UHGV virus genome: UHGV-0271399
Strand: one strand, 5' to 3'
Length of the DNA stretch: 36,671 bases
Source of the DNA: a virus
In this document: positions 20,109 to 30,482 of the stretch, piece after piece
How positions within the stretch are numbered: the stretch's first letter is position 1
How the letters are laid out: the number at the start of each line of letters is the position of its first letter
The notes under the pieces: model-generated
What the model saw: only the letters and a program-made list of their open reading frames with translations
Told to the model about the DNA's origin: nothing
The model's database searches: none
Program-made: the position numbers and the translations under genes

Positions 20109-21730
20109 CAGGCCTGTCTCCCTAGCAGCTCCCAGATGTTCAGGGCTGAATTCATTGGCGCGTAGCTGATCATCACCGAGTCGGCGAGGTTCGGCGACTT
20201 GGTGCCGTCAGGCTGTTTATCAACAACGATTTTCCCCACGCCGTTAATGGAGTAGGTCGGCTGCGACAGCTCGATGATGAGTTTGTCTTTGCTCGCCATG
20301 GCGCTGCTGATTGAGATGATTTCGTCCGGGTTGTAGGCCATGCCCTCAACCACGGCACGGTAGGTGTTCTGGAAAAGTTTACGTAACCGCCACCAGCTCT
20401 GGGCTTTGGCGTTAGCGAAGAAGTCCTTGTTCAGACGTGCGGCTTGCCCGTTGTCCCCGCGAACAGCTTCATCATCCGGATCAAATACCGCGCCACTACC
20501 TCGAAACGGTGTGGCGAGTATTGACGGTCGGCGCGCAGCGTTACGCAGTTCGTTGATAGCGCGTGCATCGCCGCGAACGCCAGCGCCCAGCCCGTCCTCA
20601 TCAAAGCGAAACTCTTCGAGGTTGTCCTGTTCGCAAAAACCGAAGACCTTCTCGACGGACTGATAAATGTCGCTGCCCACACCAGACCATTCCCGCACAT
20701 TTTCCAGGAGGAAGCCATGACGGGTGGAAAAGGCATTTTTGTCCCTGCCTTCATCAGCGACATCCATCGCGCCAAGTCGTTTGCCTGTTGGCTGGATACC
20801 CAGTTTGATATGCGCATCAACGGCAGCCTGTACCCATTCGGATGGAATCAGGACGCCTTCCGCTGATGCGCTGTAGTTCAGATCAAGTTCCTGTGCCACC
20901 ACCACCGGATTATCGATTTTCTCGCATTCCCTGCGATACCACTCTTCATCCTTGCGAGGATCATCCCGCCAGTGGAATGTGAATACCGGTATCTTCCCGC
21001 CATGACGCTTCTGAGCGAACGGGTTAGCCATGCCGTTAACTGAACTCAGGTCGATACGGCAACGCGTCGTTTGTGACAACGCCGCATCAATCAGCAGAGG
21101 ACGCTGAAGGAATGCAGCCTCATCAACCAGATAAAGCGTGGTACGGTCACCACGACCAATATTATCGCCAGCCTCGCCTTTGATAACGGCACCAGTTTCA
21201 GGAAACTCAACACGCATATATGGCGCGTGCTTCTTCTCGCTCCACGAACCGCGAAACTCTACAGGTAGTGTTTCCACGAACTTGCGCGCCTTCCAGAACA
21301 ATGCTTTCGGGTCACCGGTGCTATCGACGTATTCCTCTTTACGGGAGCCGAAACCGATAACCATTTCTTTGTTGAAGAGACAAAGCGAGCAGGCCAGTCC
21401 GATCGCGGTCCAACTGAGCCCCATTTCACGGGATTTTTCGGTAATACCATTCTCCCGATTGCCCCAGCGTTCCATAATCCAGTGGATCCACTCCTCCTGC
21501 TTAGGGAAGAGTAAAAACGGAATGGTCACCGGCAGGCCATAATCAATATTACGCGGGTCCGTTGTCATGCCCCAGTCGATGATGAACTGAGCCGGATTGG
21601 TTCGGTAAAACTGTTTTAGTGCAGGCAATATTTCAGGATTCTGGCGAATGCGCTGTAGGCGTTCCATCCGCCATTCAAAAACCATCTGGTAATCAGGATG
21701 TTTAAAATCGAAGGGGAATGGTAACGGCAT
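20108..21730 (-). CDS. Terminase large subunit
   Basis: 540 aa; position after terminase small subunit; ATPase/nuclease-size protein. Confidence 0.8.
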   Translation of the reverse strand: MPLPFPFDFKHPDYQMVFEWRMERLQRIRQNPEILPALKQFYRTNPAQFIIDWGMTTDPRNIDYGLPVTIPFLLFPKQEEWIHWIMERWGNRENGITEKSREMGLSWTAIGLACSLCLFNKEMVIGFGSRKEEYVDSTGDPKALFWKARKFVETLPVEFRGSWSEKKHAPYMRVEFPETGAVIKGEAGDNIGRGDRTTLYLVDEAAFLQRPLLIDAALSQTTRCRIDLSSVNGMANPFAQKRHGGKIPVFTFHWRDDPRKDEEWYRRECEKIDNPVVVAQELDLNYSASAEGVLIPSEWVQAAVDAHIKLGIQPTGKRLGAMDVADEGRDKNAFSTRHGFLLENVREWSGVGSDIYQSVEKVFGFCEQDNLEEFRFDEDGLGAGVRGDARAINELRNAARRPSILATPFRGSGAVFDPDDEAVRGDNGQAARLNKDFFANAKAQSWWRLRKLFQNTYRAVVEGMAYNPDEIISISSAMASKDKLIIELSQPTYSINGVGKIVVDKQPDGTKSPNLADSVMISYAPMNSALNIWELLGRQA

Positions 21731-21732
21731 AC

Positions 21733-22284
21733 TTAGCCCATCATTTTTCTATACGCCTCTGCAGCCTGCTCCGGCGTTAAGTTGGTAATTTCTGTTCTGA
21801 CTGGTCCTCCATCAGCGCCAGTCACTTCATTTTTGACGTTGTCTTTAAACGCCTGAACAGAAACATGGCGCCCAAGTAACTCAAGGTTTTTAACCTTATC
21901 AGGCCATTTGATTTTCTTCAGAAGTGCGGCGCTATCTGCGGATACCATCTCCACGACATCCATTCCTGATAGCGTTGTGCGCCATACCTTAGGCCAGTCT
22001 TTAATGGGTTTTAGCTCACCGTTTTGCAGGAGAATGTCGAGCACATCCATCTGGTCGATTTCAAGAAGGCGATTAAGTACATATTCTGCATTAATACCAA
22101 CAAGATCATTGCGTTGCGCTTTCAGTTCGGCGATTCTTAACTTGATGTCAGGTTTTGACAAGTTTTCGGATGCGGTACGGTTAGCTGTCTTTGCGCTGTA
22201 CCCCGCCCGAATAGCCGCTTGCGTGGCGTTTAAATCGATGAGGTACTCGTGACAGAACATTTCTTGCTTGTCAGTAAGTGCCAT
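21733..22284 (-). CDS. Terminase small subunit
   Basis: 183 aa; N-terminal [31 protein letters not shown] motif typical of TerS. Confidence 0.8.
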   Translation of the reverse strand: MALTDKQEMFCHEYLIDLNATQAAIRAGYSAKTANRTASENLSKPDIKLRIAELKAQRNDLVGINAEYVLNRLLEIDQMDVLDILLQNGELKPIKDWPKVWRTTLSGMDVVEMVSADSAALLKKIKWPDKVKNLELLGRHVSVQAFKDNVKNEVTGADGGPVRTEITNLTPEQAAEAYRKMMG

Positions 22285-22305
22285 GTTTTATCTCTGGAGA
22301 TTTTC

Positions 22306-22551
22306 GTGAGAAAATTAATCGTATTTGTATCTTTTTGTTCGGCTTTAGGCTTTGGCTATCAAGCCATAACCAGTCAAACATTATCCACAGCGCTAGCAGC
22401 ATTAGCGAGTTTGGTCGTTTTTCTAACAGCCTTAGCAAATCTAAAAAGCAACAAAGCTAAAGAGCAAGGTGTTAGCCAAACAATCGGCGATAACTCTAGC
22501 GGTATACAAATTGGTGGCAACATAACTATTAATGAAAGGGACAAAGAATGA
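22306..22551 (+). CDS. Small membrane protein (unknown; first gene of AT-rich cassette)
   Basis: about 81 aa from GTG 22306 with GGAGA RBS 5 nt upstream; two hydrophobic helices; stop overlaps next ATG (ATGA); no in-frame ATG, so start uncertain. Confidence 0.45.
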   Translation: MRKLIVFVSFCSALGFGYQAITSQTLSTALAALASLVVFLTALANLKSNKAKEQGVSQTIGDNSSGIQIGGNITINERDKE

Positions 22552-23453
22552 GCTTATTCGAGAAATCCGGTCAAAGTGTGGGTGATAACTCCTCAGCTAT
22601 ACAAGTTACAGGTGATGCCTACTTTGGCAACACCACTACTGAGGTCATGGCTATTTGCCAGTTAATGGTCAAAAGTGAAATGGCTTCGCTTCGTGAAGAT
22701 GCATTCGCTTTAGTCGACTCACGGGCTCAAGAATTTGGTCACCAAATTGCAGAAAAACTATCTAAAGATGTTGATGAAAAACTAAGAGCAAAACTCGCTG
22801 ATCCCGATATTCAGTACACCCTCAATCAAGCAGTCGTTCAGGTCGCAAGAAAGGGGTTTGATGCAAAATCAGAACTTCTTAAGGAGTTAATAGTTACTAA
22901 AATTGAAAACGATCAAGAAGACCAAAGCATTTTGATCGATCAAGCGTTAGATACAACATCCAGACTGACCACTAATGATATTAAGTTTTTGGCATTTGTA
23001 TATTTTTTACGTTCAATCAATAAGATGATAGGAAGTATAAATATCACAGAACTTGCAGAGAAAAAAAGTACTCATTTTTCACTACCTAACATTTCCTTGG
23101 AAGAAAATTACATGATCCATAGGTCAATGTATGCTGTTTATGAAACAGATTATATAAAATTTCTTGGAGAACATTTCACCCTCAAACGCCTAAATCAGCA
23201 GCTATTAGAAATTAAAGGCGTATTTTTCTCAGATAAAATATATAATATCAATTACTTAGAGTTATTATCAAAAAGAACGGGTTATGACACTCTTACATCT
23301 GATGCATCATTTTATGAAGCATTCCCAGCTACAAAATTAGTTCTCGACTCTTTTGGTATTTCAACCCTTACAGAACTTGACTCACTAGTCATCAATCCAG
23401 TAGGTATAATTATTGCGGAAAATTATCTCAAAGCTCATGGATATATCAGTTAA
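22548..23453 (+). CDS. Hypothetical 301-aa protein (unknown; candidate accessory/defence gene)
   Basis: long uninterrupted ORF, AT-rich, coherent codon usage, AGGG RBS; no recognisable phage structural or regulatory motif. Confidence 0.7.
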   Translation: MSLFEKSGQSVGDNSSAIQVTGDAYFGNTTTEVMAICQLMVKSEMASLREDAFALVDSRAQEFGHQIAEKLSKDVDEKLRAKLADPDIQYTLNQAVVQVARKGFDAKSELLKELIVTKIENDQEDQSILIDQALDTTSRLTTNDIKFLAFVYFLRSINKMIGSINITELAEKKSTHFSLPNISLEENYMIHRSMYAVYETDYIKFLGEHFTLKRLNQQLLEIKGVFFSDKIYNINYLELLSKRTGYDTLTSDASFYEAFPATKLVLDSFGISTLTELDSLVINPVGIIIAENYLKAHGYIS

Positions 23454-23631
23454 TACTCAGCATATGTAAAAAGGCTCATGGATGCCAGTTGCCAGAGTCG
23501 GGAAAGATAATTGGCGGACATTACCTAGGCTCGCCATCGTTAGCCATAGGTTACTCCGTCGTTTGCTCTGTCTGTCCTGCCGCTACTGGCGTGAACTGCA
23601 CGCGCTTCGCATCACCAGGAGCAAAGTACAG

Positions 23632-23757
23632 CTACTCGCCTGTCTCGGTCGCCAGCGGCACAAAGCCATTAACCAGCTCATGCTGACGTCGTGACATCTT
23701 GCCAGTGAAGGTTTCGCCTGTTTGGGTGGTTAGCGTGATTTGGTAGATGTCGGACAT
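23632..23757 (-). CDS. Small ORF (41 aa) ending at an in-frame TAG; possible disrupted small gene
   Basis: ATG 23757 with AAGGT RBS; reading frame stays open for 27 more codons after the TAG. Confidence 0.2.
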   Translation of the reverse strand: MSDIYQITLTTQTGETFTGKMSRRQHELVNGFVPLATETGE

Positions 23758-23810
23758 AGTGTTATACCTTCAAAGGCGGTTAAAATTACCAATGACATAT
23801 AGGAGGAAGA

Positions 23811-24071
23811 ATGTCTTCGTTCAACCAAACAAGCCTACGATCATCCAACAGCCCGCTTCGCATAGAAACAACTGATAAAGAACATGCCATTGCCCATGAG
23901 GCAATTTTGGTTGCCTTATTGACTAACGTTGCAAGGTCTGCGCACAGCAATCAGGCGCTGATTGAATTAGAAGAAACAGTTAAAGGTTTGATTAGCAATT
24001 CCAACCCTAATAGCTTTCGGATCGCTTCAGATCTCATTAATGAAGCAAAAGAGAATTTCAACAGGGGTTGA
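23811..24071 (+). CDS. Hypothetical 86-aa protein
   Basis: strong AGGAGG RBS just upstream of ATG 23811; convergent with rha. Confidence 0.5.
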   Translation: MSSFNQTSLRSSNSPLRIETTDKEHAIAHEAILVALLTNVARSAHSNQALIELEETVKGLISNSNPNSFRIASDLINEAKENFNRG

Positions 24072-24137
24072 GTTTTAGGCGCATCGTTAGGTGCGCCATT
24101 GTCCAAGCACCTCAGTGAAGAGTTTCTGTAATGTCAA

Positions 24138-24662
24138 TCAGCCAATCAGCAATTCTGGCTGCGTCACCTGCATGATGTGCTCATGCTCGAGCTCAAGAAC
24201 GCGCTTCTCTTTCTTCCGCTCATTCATCAACCGGCTACCGATCGTTCCCTTCAACTTTGAGCGCGTTTCTTTGATGGCGTAGCGGTGCTGCATTTCTTCA
24301 CCCATGGCCAGGCGACGGCTAAGTTGCTCAGACATCCAGTTGAACGCTGAAATGTAGCTTTCTTTGATAGCCGCAGCAGCTTTCCCGGTGAATCCCATAA
24401 CAACCATGATCCAGCCATCTTTCGTCAGGCTATACATCGGGCGAACCTTACCCTGCTCATCGATATAATCAGCCGACGCAAAATTGCGTTGGCTAAACTC
24501 TCTTGAGCAATCGGCCTTAACCTGCTCGATTTTCCTGAGCACATCACCGTGTCGCTTTCCGAAGTACGTAGCAACTTTTCTGGATGTGGTAACGACCTCT
24601 CCGTTTTTAGCTTGCACCATTTCTCGGAAGTCAAAGGCCGGAATAACTGACGGATTATTCAT
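24138..24662 (-). CDS. rha: Rha family phage regulatory protein
   Basis: 174 aa from ATG 24662 (AAGG RBS); N-terminal SRKVATYFGKRHGDVLRKIEQ motif characteristic of Rha; upstream track extension looks non-coding. Confidence 0.7.
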   Translation of the reverse strand: MNNPSVIPAFDFREMVQAKNGEVVTTSRKVATYFGKRHGDVLRKIEQVKADCSREFSQRNFASADYIDEQGKVRPMYSLTKDGWIMVVMGFTGKAAAAIKESYISAFNWMSEQLSRRLAMGEEMQHRYAIKETRSKLKGTIGSRLMNERKKEKRVLELEHEHIMQVTQPELLIG

Positions 24663-25005
24663 AGCGTCTTTACCTTTTAGAAAGTGAGCCTGTCTCACAG
24701 AAAAGCCGCCCGAGAGAGGTCGCCACCTATAACGGCATTTCTCAGGCTCGCTTACTGAAAGGCTCTCGTTAATATGCGCGTGAGATGCGCGGTGAAATTC
24801 AGATGTAAAAAAGCCCCGCGAATGCGAGGCAAAATCCTGGTATTTGTAATGACTGGCTCTTATTTCAACGCAGCCCCTTACCGTGCGCAAGATGCTCAAT
24901 ATCAAGCATCAGCAATGAGATGTTTAATCTGGATTCACTCCAAAAGTGATCACCATCCTGTCTACAGAGCCAAATGTGAAGGATGATGAGTAAAAATTAT
25001 CGCTA

Positions 25006-25473
25006 TCATCGAAGGCATTGTGTCCTGATATATTCCTGAAGCGTTCTCAGTGCTGTTTGGTCGCTGATGATTCCGTCCCGGATACCGAGAACGTTTCGTC
25101 CAGCAACTGGAGAGAGTTCGACGGAGGCATCATTGCCCATGCCGGAGGCGCTGGAGGTTTCGGCTGAGGATGGCACAGGGCATTTTCCTTTGACGAGCAC
25201 CCTACCACCATTATCAAGCTTGCGCCGAAGAGCATCATTTTCAGCTTTCGCATCAGCTAACTCCTTCGTGTATTTAGCATCGAGTGCATCAGCAGTACGC
25301 TGGCGCTGCTGCATGTCAGTAATGGTGGCAGTCGCCTGCTTCAGCTCACTGACTTTTTTATCGCGCTGCTCTTTGTAGGTCATGGCGTTATCACGGTAAT
25401 GATTAACAGCCCATGACAGGCAGACGATGATGCAGATAACCAGAGCGGAGATAATCGCGGTTACTCTGCTCAT
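25006..25473 (-). CDS. Rz: Rz i-spanin
   Basis: 155 aa, N-terminal TM anchor, coiled-coil; follows endolysin; contains embedded Rz1. Confidence 0.85.
   Translation of the reverse strand: MSRVTAIISALVICIIVCLSWAVNHYRDNAMTYKEQRDKKVSELKQATATITDMQQRQRTADALDAKYTKELADAKAENDALRRKLDNGGRVLVKGKCPVPSSAETSSASGMGNDASVELSPVAGRNVLGIRDGIISDQTALRTLQEYIRTQCLR
25047..25253 (-). CDS. Rz1: Rz1 o-spanin lipoprotein (embedded in Rz, +1 frame)
   Basis: lipobox MVVGCSS then Pro-rich segment [11 protein letters not shown]; fully inside Rz. Confidence 0.75.
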   Translation of the reverse strand: MRKLKMMLFGASLIMVVGCSSKENALCHPQPKPPAPPAWAMMPPSNSLQLLDETFSVSGTESSATKQH

Positions 25474-25946
25474 ACCTCAATCTCTCTGACCGTTCCGCCT
25501 GCTTCTTTGAATTTTGCAATCAGGCTGTCAGCCTTATGCTCGAACTGACCATAACCAGCCCCCGGAAGTGAAGCCCAGATATTACTGCAACGGTCGATTG
25601 CCTGACGGATATCACCGCGATCAATCATAGGTAAAGCGCCACGCTCCTTAATCTGCTGCAGTGCAACAGCGTCCTGGCTTTTCGGAGAGAAGTCTTTCAG
25701 GCCAAGCTGCTTGCGATAGGCATCCCACCAACGGGAAAGAAGTTGGTAACGTCCGGCGGCTGTTGATTTGAGTTTTGGGTTTAGCGTGACAAGTTTGCGA
25801 GGGTGATCGGAGTAATCAGTGAATAGCTCTCCGCCAACAATGACGTCATAACCATGATTTCTGGTTTTCTGTCGTCCATTATCAGTTCCCTCTGACCACG
25901 CCAGCATATCGAGGAACGCCTTACGTTGATTATTGATTTCCACCAT
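25470..25946 (-). CDS. R: Endolysin (lambda R-type lytic transglycosylase)
   Basis: 158 aa, near-identical to lambda R ([26 protein letters not shown]...). Confidence 0.9.
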   Translation of the reverse strand: MVEINNQRKAFLDMLAWSEGTDNGRQKTRNHGYDVIVGGELFTDYSDHPRKLVTLNPKLKSTAAGRYQLLSRWWDAYRKQLGLKDFSPKSQDAVALQQIKERGALPMIDRGDIRQAIDRCSNIWASLPGAGYGQFEHKADSLIAKFKEAGGTVREIEV

Positions 25947-26253
25947 CTTCTACTCCGGCTTTTTTAGCAGCGAAGCGTTTGATAAGCGAACCTATCGAGT
26001 CAGTACCGATGTAGCCGATGAACACGCTCGTTATATAAGCGAGATTGCTACTTAGTCCGGCGAAGTCGAGAAGGTCACGAATGAACCAGGCGATAATGGC
26101 GCACATCGTTGCGTCGATTACTGTTTTTGTAAACGCACCGCCATTATATCTGCCGCGAAGGTACGCCATTGCAAACGCAAGGATTGCCCCGATGCCTTGT
26201 TCCTTTGCCGCGAGAATGGTGGCTAACAGGTCATGTTTTTCTGGCATCTTCAT
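25930..26253 (-). CDS. S: Holin (lambda S, dual-start motif MKM)
   Basis: 107 aa, near-identical to lambda S107. Confidence 0.9.
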   Translation of the reverse strand: MKMPEKHDLLATILAAKEQGIGAILAFAMAYLRGRYNGGAFTKTVIDATMCAIIAWFIRDLLDFAGLSSNLAYITSVFIGYIGTDSIGSLIKRFAAKKAGVEDGGNQ

Positions 26254-26650
26254 GTCTTAGCCCCAATAAGGGGATTTGCTCTATTTAATTAGGAATAAGG
26301 TCGATTACTGATAGAACAAATCCAGGCTACTGTGTTTAGTAATCAGATTTGTTCGTGACCGATATGCACGGACAAAACGGCATGCGGTTGTTAGCGCAGC
26401 CTCTTGCCACCCGCTTTCACGAAGGTCATGTTTAGAAGGCCGCAGCGTAACTATCACTGATGAATTCAGGATAGCCAGTGGCTACGGCTCAGTTTGGGTT
26501 GTGCTGTTGCTGGGCGGCGATGACGCCTGTACACATTTGGTGATCCGGTTCTGCTTCCGGTATTCGCTTAGTTCAGCACAACGGAAAGAGCACTCAATAC
26601 ATTTAAGCCAAGCCCCATAAGGGAGAATGCTCTTACCTGTTACACAGATA

Positions 26651-26708
26651 TAAAAAATCCCGAAACCGTTATGCAGGCTCTAACTATTACCTGCGAACTG
26701 TTTCGGGA
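26651..26708 (-). terminator. tR' terminator (end of lambda 6S RNA)
   Basis: minus-strand TCCCGAAAC...GTTTCGGGA stem followed by TTTTTT; matches lambda pR'-tR' region. Confidence 0.7.
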
Positions 26709-26844
26709 TTGCATTTTACAGACCTCTCAGCCTGCGATGGTTGGAGTTCCAGACGATACGTCGAAGTGACCAACTAGGCGGAATCGGTAGTAAGCGCCGC
26801 CTCTTTTCATCTCACTACCACAACGAGCGAATTAACCCATCGTT

Positions 26845-26880
26845 TGGTCAAATTTACCCAAGTTTATTCAAAAAGTCAAT
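26845..26880 (-). promoter_or_regulatory. Late promoter pR' with qut region
   Basis: minus strand TTGACT (-35; plus 26874-26879), 17-nt spacer, TAAATT (-10; plus 26851-26856), immediately downstream of Q. Confidence 0.75.
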
Positions 26881-26921
26881 ATCATGCCGTTAATATGTTG
26901 CCATCCGTGGCAATCATGGTG

Positions 26922-27545
26922 CTAACGTGTGACCGCATTCAAAATGTTGTCTGCGATTGACTCTTCTTTGTGGCATTGCACCACCAGAGCGTCATACAGC
27001 GGCTTAACAGTGCGTGACCAGGTGGGTTGGGTGAGGTTTGGCATTAGCATCGTTACAGCGCGATATGCGGCGCTTGCAGGCATCCTTGAATAACCGACGC
27101 CTTTACATCTTCCGCACTCTTTCTCAACAACTCTCCCCCACTGCTCTGTTTTTGCTATATCAACCGCACGGCCTGTACCGTGGCAATCTCTGCATCTTGC
27201 TCCCGGCGTCGCAGCACTACGGCAATAATCCGCATAAGCGAATGTTGCGAGCACTTGCAGTACCTTTGCCTTAGTATTTCCTTCAAGCTTTGCAACGCAA
27301 CGGTATTTCCCCGATACCTTGTGTGCAAATTGCATCAGATAGTTGATAGCCTTTTGTTTGTCGTTCTGGCCGAGTTCATGCTTACCGCAGAATGCAGCCA
27401 TTCCGAATCCTGCTTGTGATTGAGCCATCCCCATAGCAGCCATCACATCAGTACCGGAAAGAGAGTCAGAAGCCGTGGCCCGTGGTGAGTCACTCATCAT
27501 CGGGCTTTTTGGCGAATGAAATTTAGCTACGCTTTCGAGTCTCAT
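26922..27545 (-). CDS. Q: Late gene antiterminator Q
   Basis: 207 aa near-identical to lambda Q. Confidence 0.9.
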   Translation of the reverse strand: MRLESVAKFHSPKSPMMSDSPRATASDSLSGTDVMAAMGMAQSQAGFGMAAFCGKHELGQNDKQKAINYLMQFAHKVSGKYRCVAKLEGNTKAKVLQVLATFAYADYCRSAATPGARCRDCHGTGRAVDIAKTEQWGRVVEKECGRCKGVGYSRMPASAAYRAVTMLMPNLTQPTWSRTVKPLYDALVVQCHKEESIADNILNAVTR

Positions 27546-28207
27546 GCGACTTCTCCCTGTACCTGAATCAATGTGAGGTTTCCGCAGAACACTGCGCCGG
27601 TATCGATATACATCTGGTTGGCAAATTTGAGTGGTTTCACTGCTGGCGTATGACCAAAGATGAACGTGTCCGCGCCTTTAATTTCTTTCACGATCCCGTC
27701 TTGTGAGTTGCCGATTCGTTCGCGGTTCCAGATTACCTGCTGAGGATCAACTGGCTTTCCAAATTCGTATTCGTTACAAGGATAATCGGCGTGGCAAATG
27801 ACATATTTTTTATCTTTGCTCACCAGTTCGATGATTAACGGAAGTTCTTCTGCTTTATGGGCAAGAGCTTTAGCCAGAATCTCTTTGTCGTAATCGAGAT
27901 TGAAGAACCAGCCACCGCCATTAAGCAGCCAGTGATTAACGTTTCCACGCTCTGATAAGCCATCAATCATCATTTGCTCATGGTTTCCACGTACAGCTCT
28001 GAACCAGGGGAATGTGATTAATTCCAGACATTCGACGTTCTCTGTACCGCGATCAACCAAATCGCCAACCGAGATGAGCAGGTCTTTTTTGTTGTCGAAT
28101 CCAATCGTATCCAGTTTGTTCATCAGGTTCGTGTAGCATCCGTGCAGGTCGCCAGCTACCCAAATATTTCGGTATTTGCTGCCATCAATTCTTTCGTAGA
28201 TATTCAT
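27542..28207 (-). CDS. Ser/Thr protein phosphatase (lambda ORF221)
   Basis: 221 aa; GDLHG and GNHE metallophosphatase motifs. Confidence 0.9.
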   Translation of the reverse strand: MNIYERIDGSKYRNIWVAGDLHGCYTNLMNKLDTIGFDNKKDLLISVGDLVDRGTENVECLELITFPWFRAVRGNHEQMMIDGLSERGNVNHWLLNGGGWFFNLDYDKEILAKALAHKAEELPLIIELVSKDKKYVICHADYPCNEYEFGKPVDPQQVIWNRERIGNSQDGIVKEIKGADTFIFGHTPAVKPLKFANQMYIDTGAVFCGNLTLIQVQGEVA

Positions 28208-28818
28208 GCAGCCTCACTTCTGCTATTTCGCAGTTTTTTAAGTTTCTGTTGGTACTCTTCCTTGATCGCCTTGCACTCTTCGACAGTCCAGCGATGGCGG
28301 TTATGGTTTGATTCGATTTCGTCTACTGCTTCCTGCCCGATGCGGCTAATCAGTTCGACGCGATACGGAACGAGATTTCCGCTTTTGTGCTGGTTGCACA
28401 CCACGCATTGCTTGTGAATATTGCGTTCATCAAATCGGAGTTGAGGTGCCGCAGCAGTTGTCCGGTAATGTCCGGCATCCCACTGAGCAGACGTGAGCGT
28501 TCCGCACGAGATACATGGTAAGTCGCGATCTCTTTCTCTGATGAAGGCGTTTACGGCTTGTTGGGCTTGTTTAATCCAGTAACTGCGGGGCTTTAAGGCG
28601 AGTTTTCGAATCTTAAGTTTATCTTTCTGTTTCTGCTCCTCTCGTCGTCGTTTCTTCTCTGCTGCTTTTTCCGCTTTTTCGCGTTCTTTACTTCGTCGTT
28701 CGAGTGCTATCTTGGTTCCACACTCTAGAGAGCACCACCACTGATTAGCGAATGCAGGGTGAAACCATTCCCGACATTCATCGTTTTTACATCGTCTTCG
28801 CGCTGGTTTAGCCATCAT
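28204..28818 (-). CDS. ninG: NinG (Rap) recombination-associated protein
   Basis: 204 aa, near-identical to lambda NinG. Confidence 0.85.
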   Translation of the reverse strand: MMAKPARRRCKNDECREWFHPAFANQWWCSLECGTKIALERRSKEREKAEKAAEKKRRREEQKQKDKLKIRKLALKPRSYWIKQAQQAVNAFIRERDRDLPCISCGTLTSAQWDAGHYRTTAAAPQLRFDERNIHKQCVVCNQHKSGNLVPYRVELISRIGQEAVDEIESNHNRHRWTVEECKAIKEEYQQKLKKLRNSRSEAA

Positions 28819-28978
28819 CTTCTTCCTCGTGCATCGAGCTATTCGAATCGCTCATCAGCTCTGCACAGCAGTGCCCACACACGTGAACTTCCAGCACATG
28901 CAGCTTCTGACCGCAATTAGCGCACGTTAAAACCCGCTCGACGCTTTCTTGTTCGTAACTTCGATTTGGGTCAATCAC
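28808..28978 (-). CDS. ninF: NinF
   Basis: 56 aa from GTG 28978 (GTGA overlap with ninE stop); Cys-rich CANCGQ...CGHCC; track start 29020 is an upstream extension. Confidence 0.6.
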   Translation of the reverse strand: MIDPNRSYEQESVERVLTCANCGQKLHVLEVHVCGHCCAELMSDSNSSMHEEEDDG

Positions 28979-29157
28979 CTTGTATTCCTCGCACGATGTC
29001 TTAGCCACCGGATATCCCACAGGTGAGCCGTGTAGTTGAAGGTTTTTACGTCAGATTCTTTTGGGATTGGCTTGCGTTTATTTCTGGAGCGTTTCGTTGG
29101 AAGGTATTTGCAGTTTTCGCAGATTATGTCGGTGATGCTTCGTCGCTGTCGTCTCAT
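28975..29157 (-). CDS. ninE: NinE
   Basis: 60 aa from ATG 29157 ([20 protein letters not shown]...), ATGA overlap with methyltransferase stop. Confidence 0.75.
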   Translation of the reverse strand: MRRQRRSITDIICENCKYLPTKRSRNKRKPIPKESDVKTFNYTAHLWDIRWLRHRARNTR

Positions 29158-29681
29158 TCTGCCCTCCTGACGCCCTGCCCGATCGCCATCAATGCCGCTT
29201 TGGATACGGTAGTAAACATCCGTCGAGGACTGATGAACGGTCGCCAAATCAGCAGCATGGAACCTTTGCTGTTTCCCTTCTTCTCCAGCCCTGTCGATGG
29301 TTCGATAAAATTAATCCGTCCATCAGTAATGATGCGAACTTCGTCAATACTCTCCAGAGCCTTGCTGAACCATCCGACAGACATATCCTCTGGCACAAGC
29401 ATCACTATCGTCTGTCGCTGTTGTATGCACTGCTCAGCGGCTTTTTCCACCCACGGCCTGATATTGCTGTACGGTGGGTTATTCCAGATTGCACCGTGGC
29501 TTATCCACTCAGAATTTAGCGCGTCGTCGGCCTCAGTTAACCAGTGAGCGCACAGAGCATTTTTGTCGCTCGCTGCCGAATCCAGCCAGAATCCAAACTC
29601 AATATCCAGTGCATCAAAAAGCCAAAGCGGCGTTTGCCAGCAGTCCTTGTCGTGTGCTGGCGTATTTGATTTGATAGTCAT
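29154..29681 (-). CDS. Phage DNA N6-adenine methyltransferase
   Basis: 175 aa from ATG 29681 (ATGA overlap with ninB stop); NPPY catalytic motif ([10 protein letters not shown]). Confidence 0.7.
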   Translation of the reverse strand: MTIKSNTPAHDKDCWQTPLWLFDALDIEFGFWLDSAASDKNALCAHWLTEADDALNSEWISHGAIWNNPPYSNIRPWVEKAAEQCIQQRQTIVMLVPEDMSVGWFSKALESIDEVRIITDGRINFIEPSTGLEKKGNSKGSMLLIWRPFISPRRMFTTVSKAALMAIGQGVRRAE

Positions 29682-30118
29682 GCAGCCCGATCTCCCCATC
29701 GCGCTTTCCATTCGAGAGCCAGTCGCGCTTCGTCTGACCACTTAACGCCACGCTCTGTACCGAATGCCTGTATAAGCTCTAATAGCTCCGCAAATTCGTT
29801 TACACGCATCCTGCTGGTTGACTGGCCTATTACCACAAAGCCATTCCCGGCAAGGTTAGGAACAACGTCCTGCTGCTTTAATGCTGCTGTAAAAACGCAC
29901 TTCCAGCTTTCTGCATCCAGCCAGCGACCATGCCATTCAACCTGACGAGAGACGTCACCAAGGCAAGCCCAAAGCTTTCGATTCTGGTCTAAGCTGCGGT
30001 TGCGTTCCTGAATGGTTACTACGATTGGTTTGGTTGGGTCTGGAAGGATTTGCTGTACTGCGTGAATAGCGTTTTGCTGATGTGCCGGAGATCGAATTTC
30101 AAAGGTTAGTTTTTTCAT
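29678..30118 (-). CDS. ninB: NinB (Orf) recombination protein
   Basis: 146 aa from ATG 30118, near-identical to lambda NinB. Confidence 0.85.
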   Translation of the reverse strand: MKKLTFEIRSPAHQQNAIHAVQQILPDPTKPIVVTIQERNRSLDQNRKLWACLGDVSRQVEWHGRWLDAESWKCVFTAALKQQDVVPNLAGNGFVVIGQSTSRMRVNEFAELLELIQAFGTERGVKWSDEARLALEWKARWGDRAA

Positions 30119-30133
30119 GACTACCCTCTCCCC

Positions 30134-30166
30134 CAAATAAAAAGGCCTGCGATTACCTGCAGGCCT
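30134..30166 (-). terminator. tR2-like rho-independent terminator
   Basis: minus-strand AGGCCTGC/GCAGGCCT stem with 8-nt loop followed by TTTTTATTT; between ren and ninB. Confidence 0.6.
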
Positions 30167-30191
30167 GTTATTAGCTCAGTGATGTAGATGG

Positions 30192-30482
30192 TCATCTTTT
30201 AACTCCATATACCGCCAATACCCGTTTCATCGCGGCACTCTGGCGACACTCCTTAAAAATCAGGTTCGTGCTCACCTTTCCTTCCCGTTCTTCTCTGGTA
30301 GCGAACCGGTAATACACCGTTCGCCAGACCTTACCTTCGATAACCAGAAGACCTGCCCGTGCCATTTTAGCCGCGGCCTGATTTATGCTGGTTACTGTTG
30401 CGCCTGTTAGTGCGGCAACGTCCGGCGCACAGAAGCTCTTGTGCGTCTCCAGATAATGAATAATTGCTTCTTTGCCCGTCAT
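30192..30482 (-). CDS. ren: Ren
   Basis: 96 aa near-identical to lambda Ren. Confidence 0.85.
   Translation of the reverse strand: MTGKEAIIHYLETHKSFCAPDVAALTGATVTSINQAAAKMARAGLLVIEGKVWRTVYYRFATREEREGKVSTNLIFKECRQSAAMKRVLAVYGVKR

Noticed and set aside
23482-23694. Two overlapping plus-strand ORFs (70 and 65 aa)
   Set aside because: Arg-rich or low-complexity, no RBS; region better explained by the minus-strand small ORF
24663-24905. N-terminal 81-codon extension of rha in the track (24138..24905)
   Set aside because: Extension is Arg/His/Cys/Ser-rich with no RBS; the internal ATG at 24662 has an RBS and starts the conserved Rha domain
24774-24986. 70-aa plus-strand ORF in the Rz-rha spacer
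   Set aside because: No RBS; basic, low-complexity product; likely non-coding spacer
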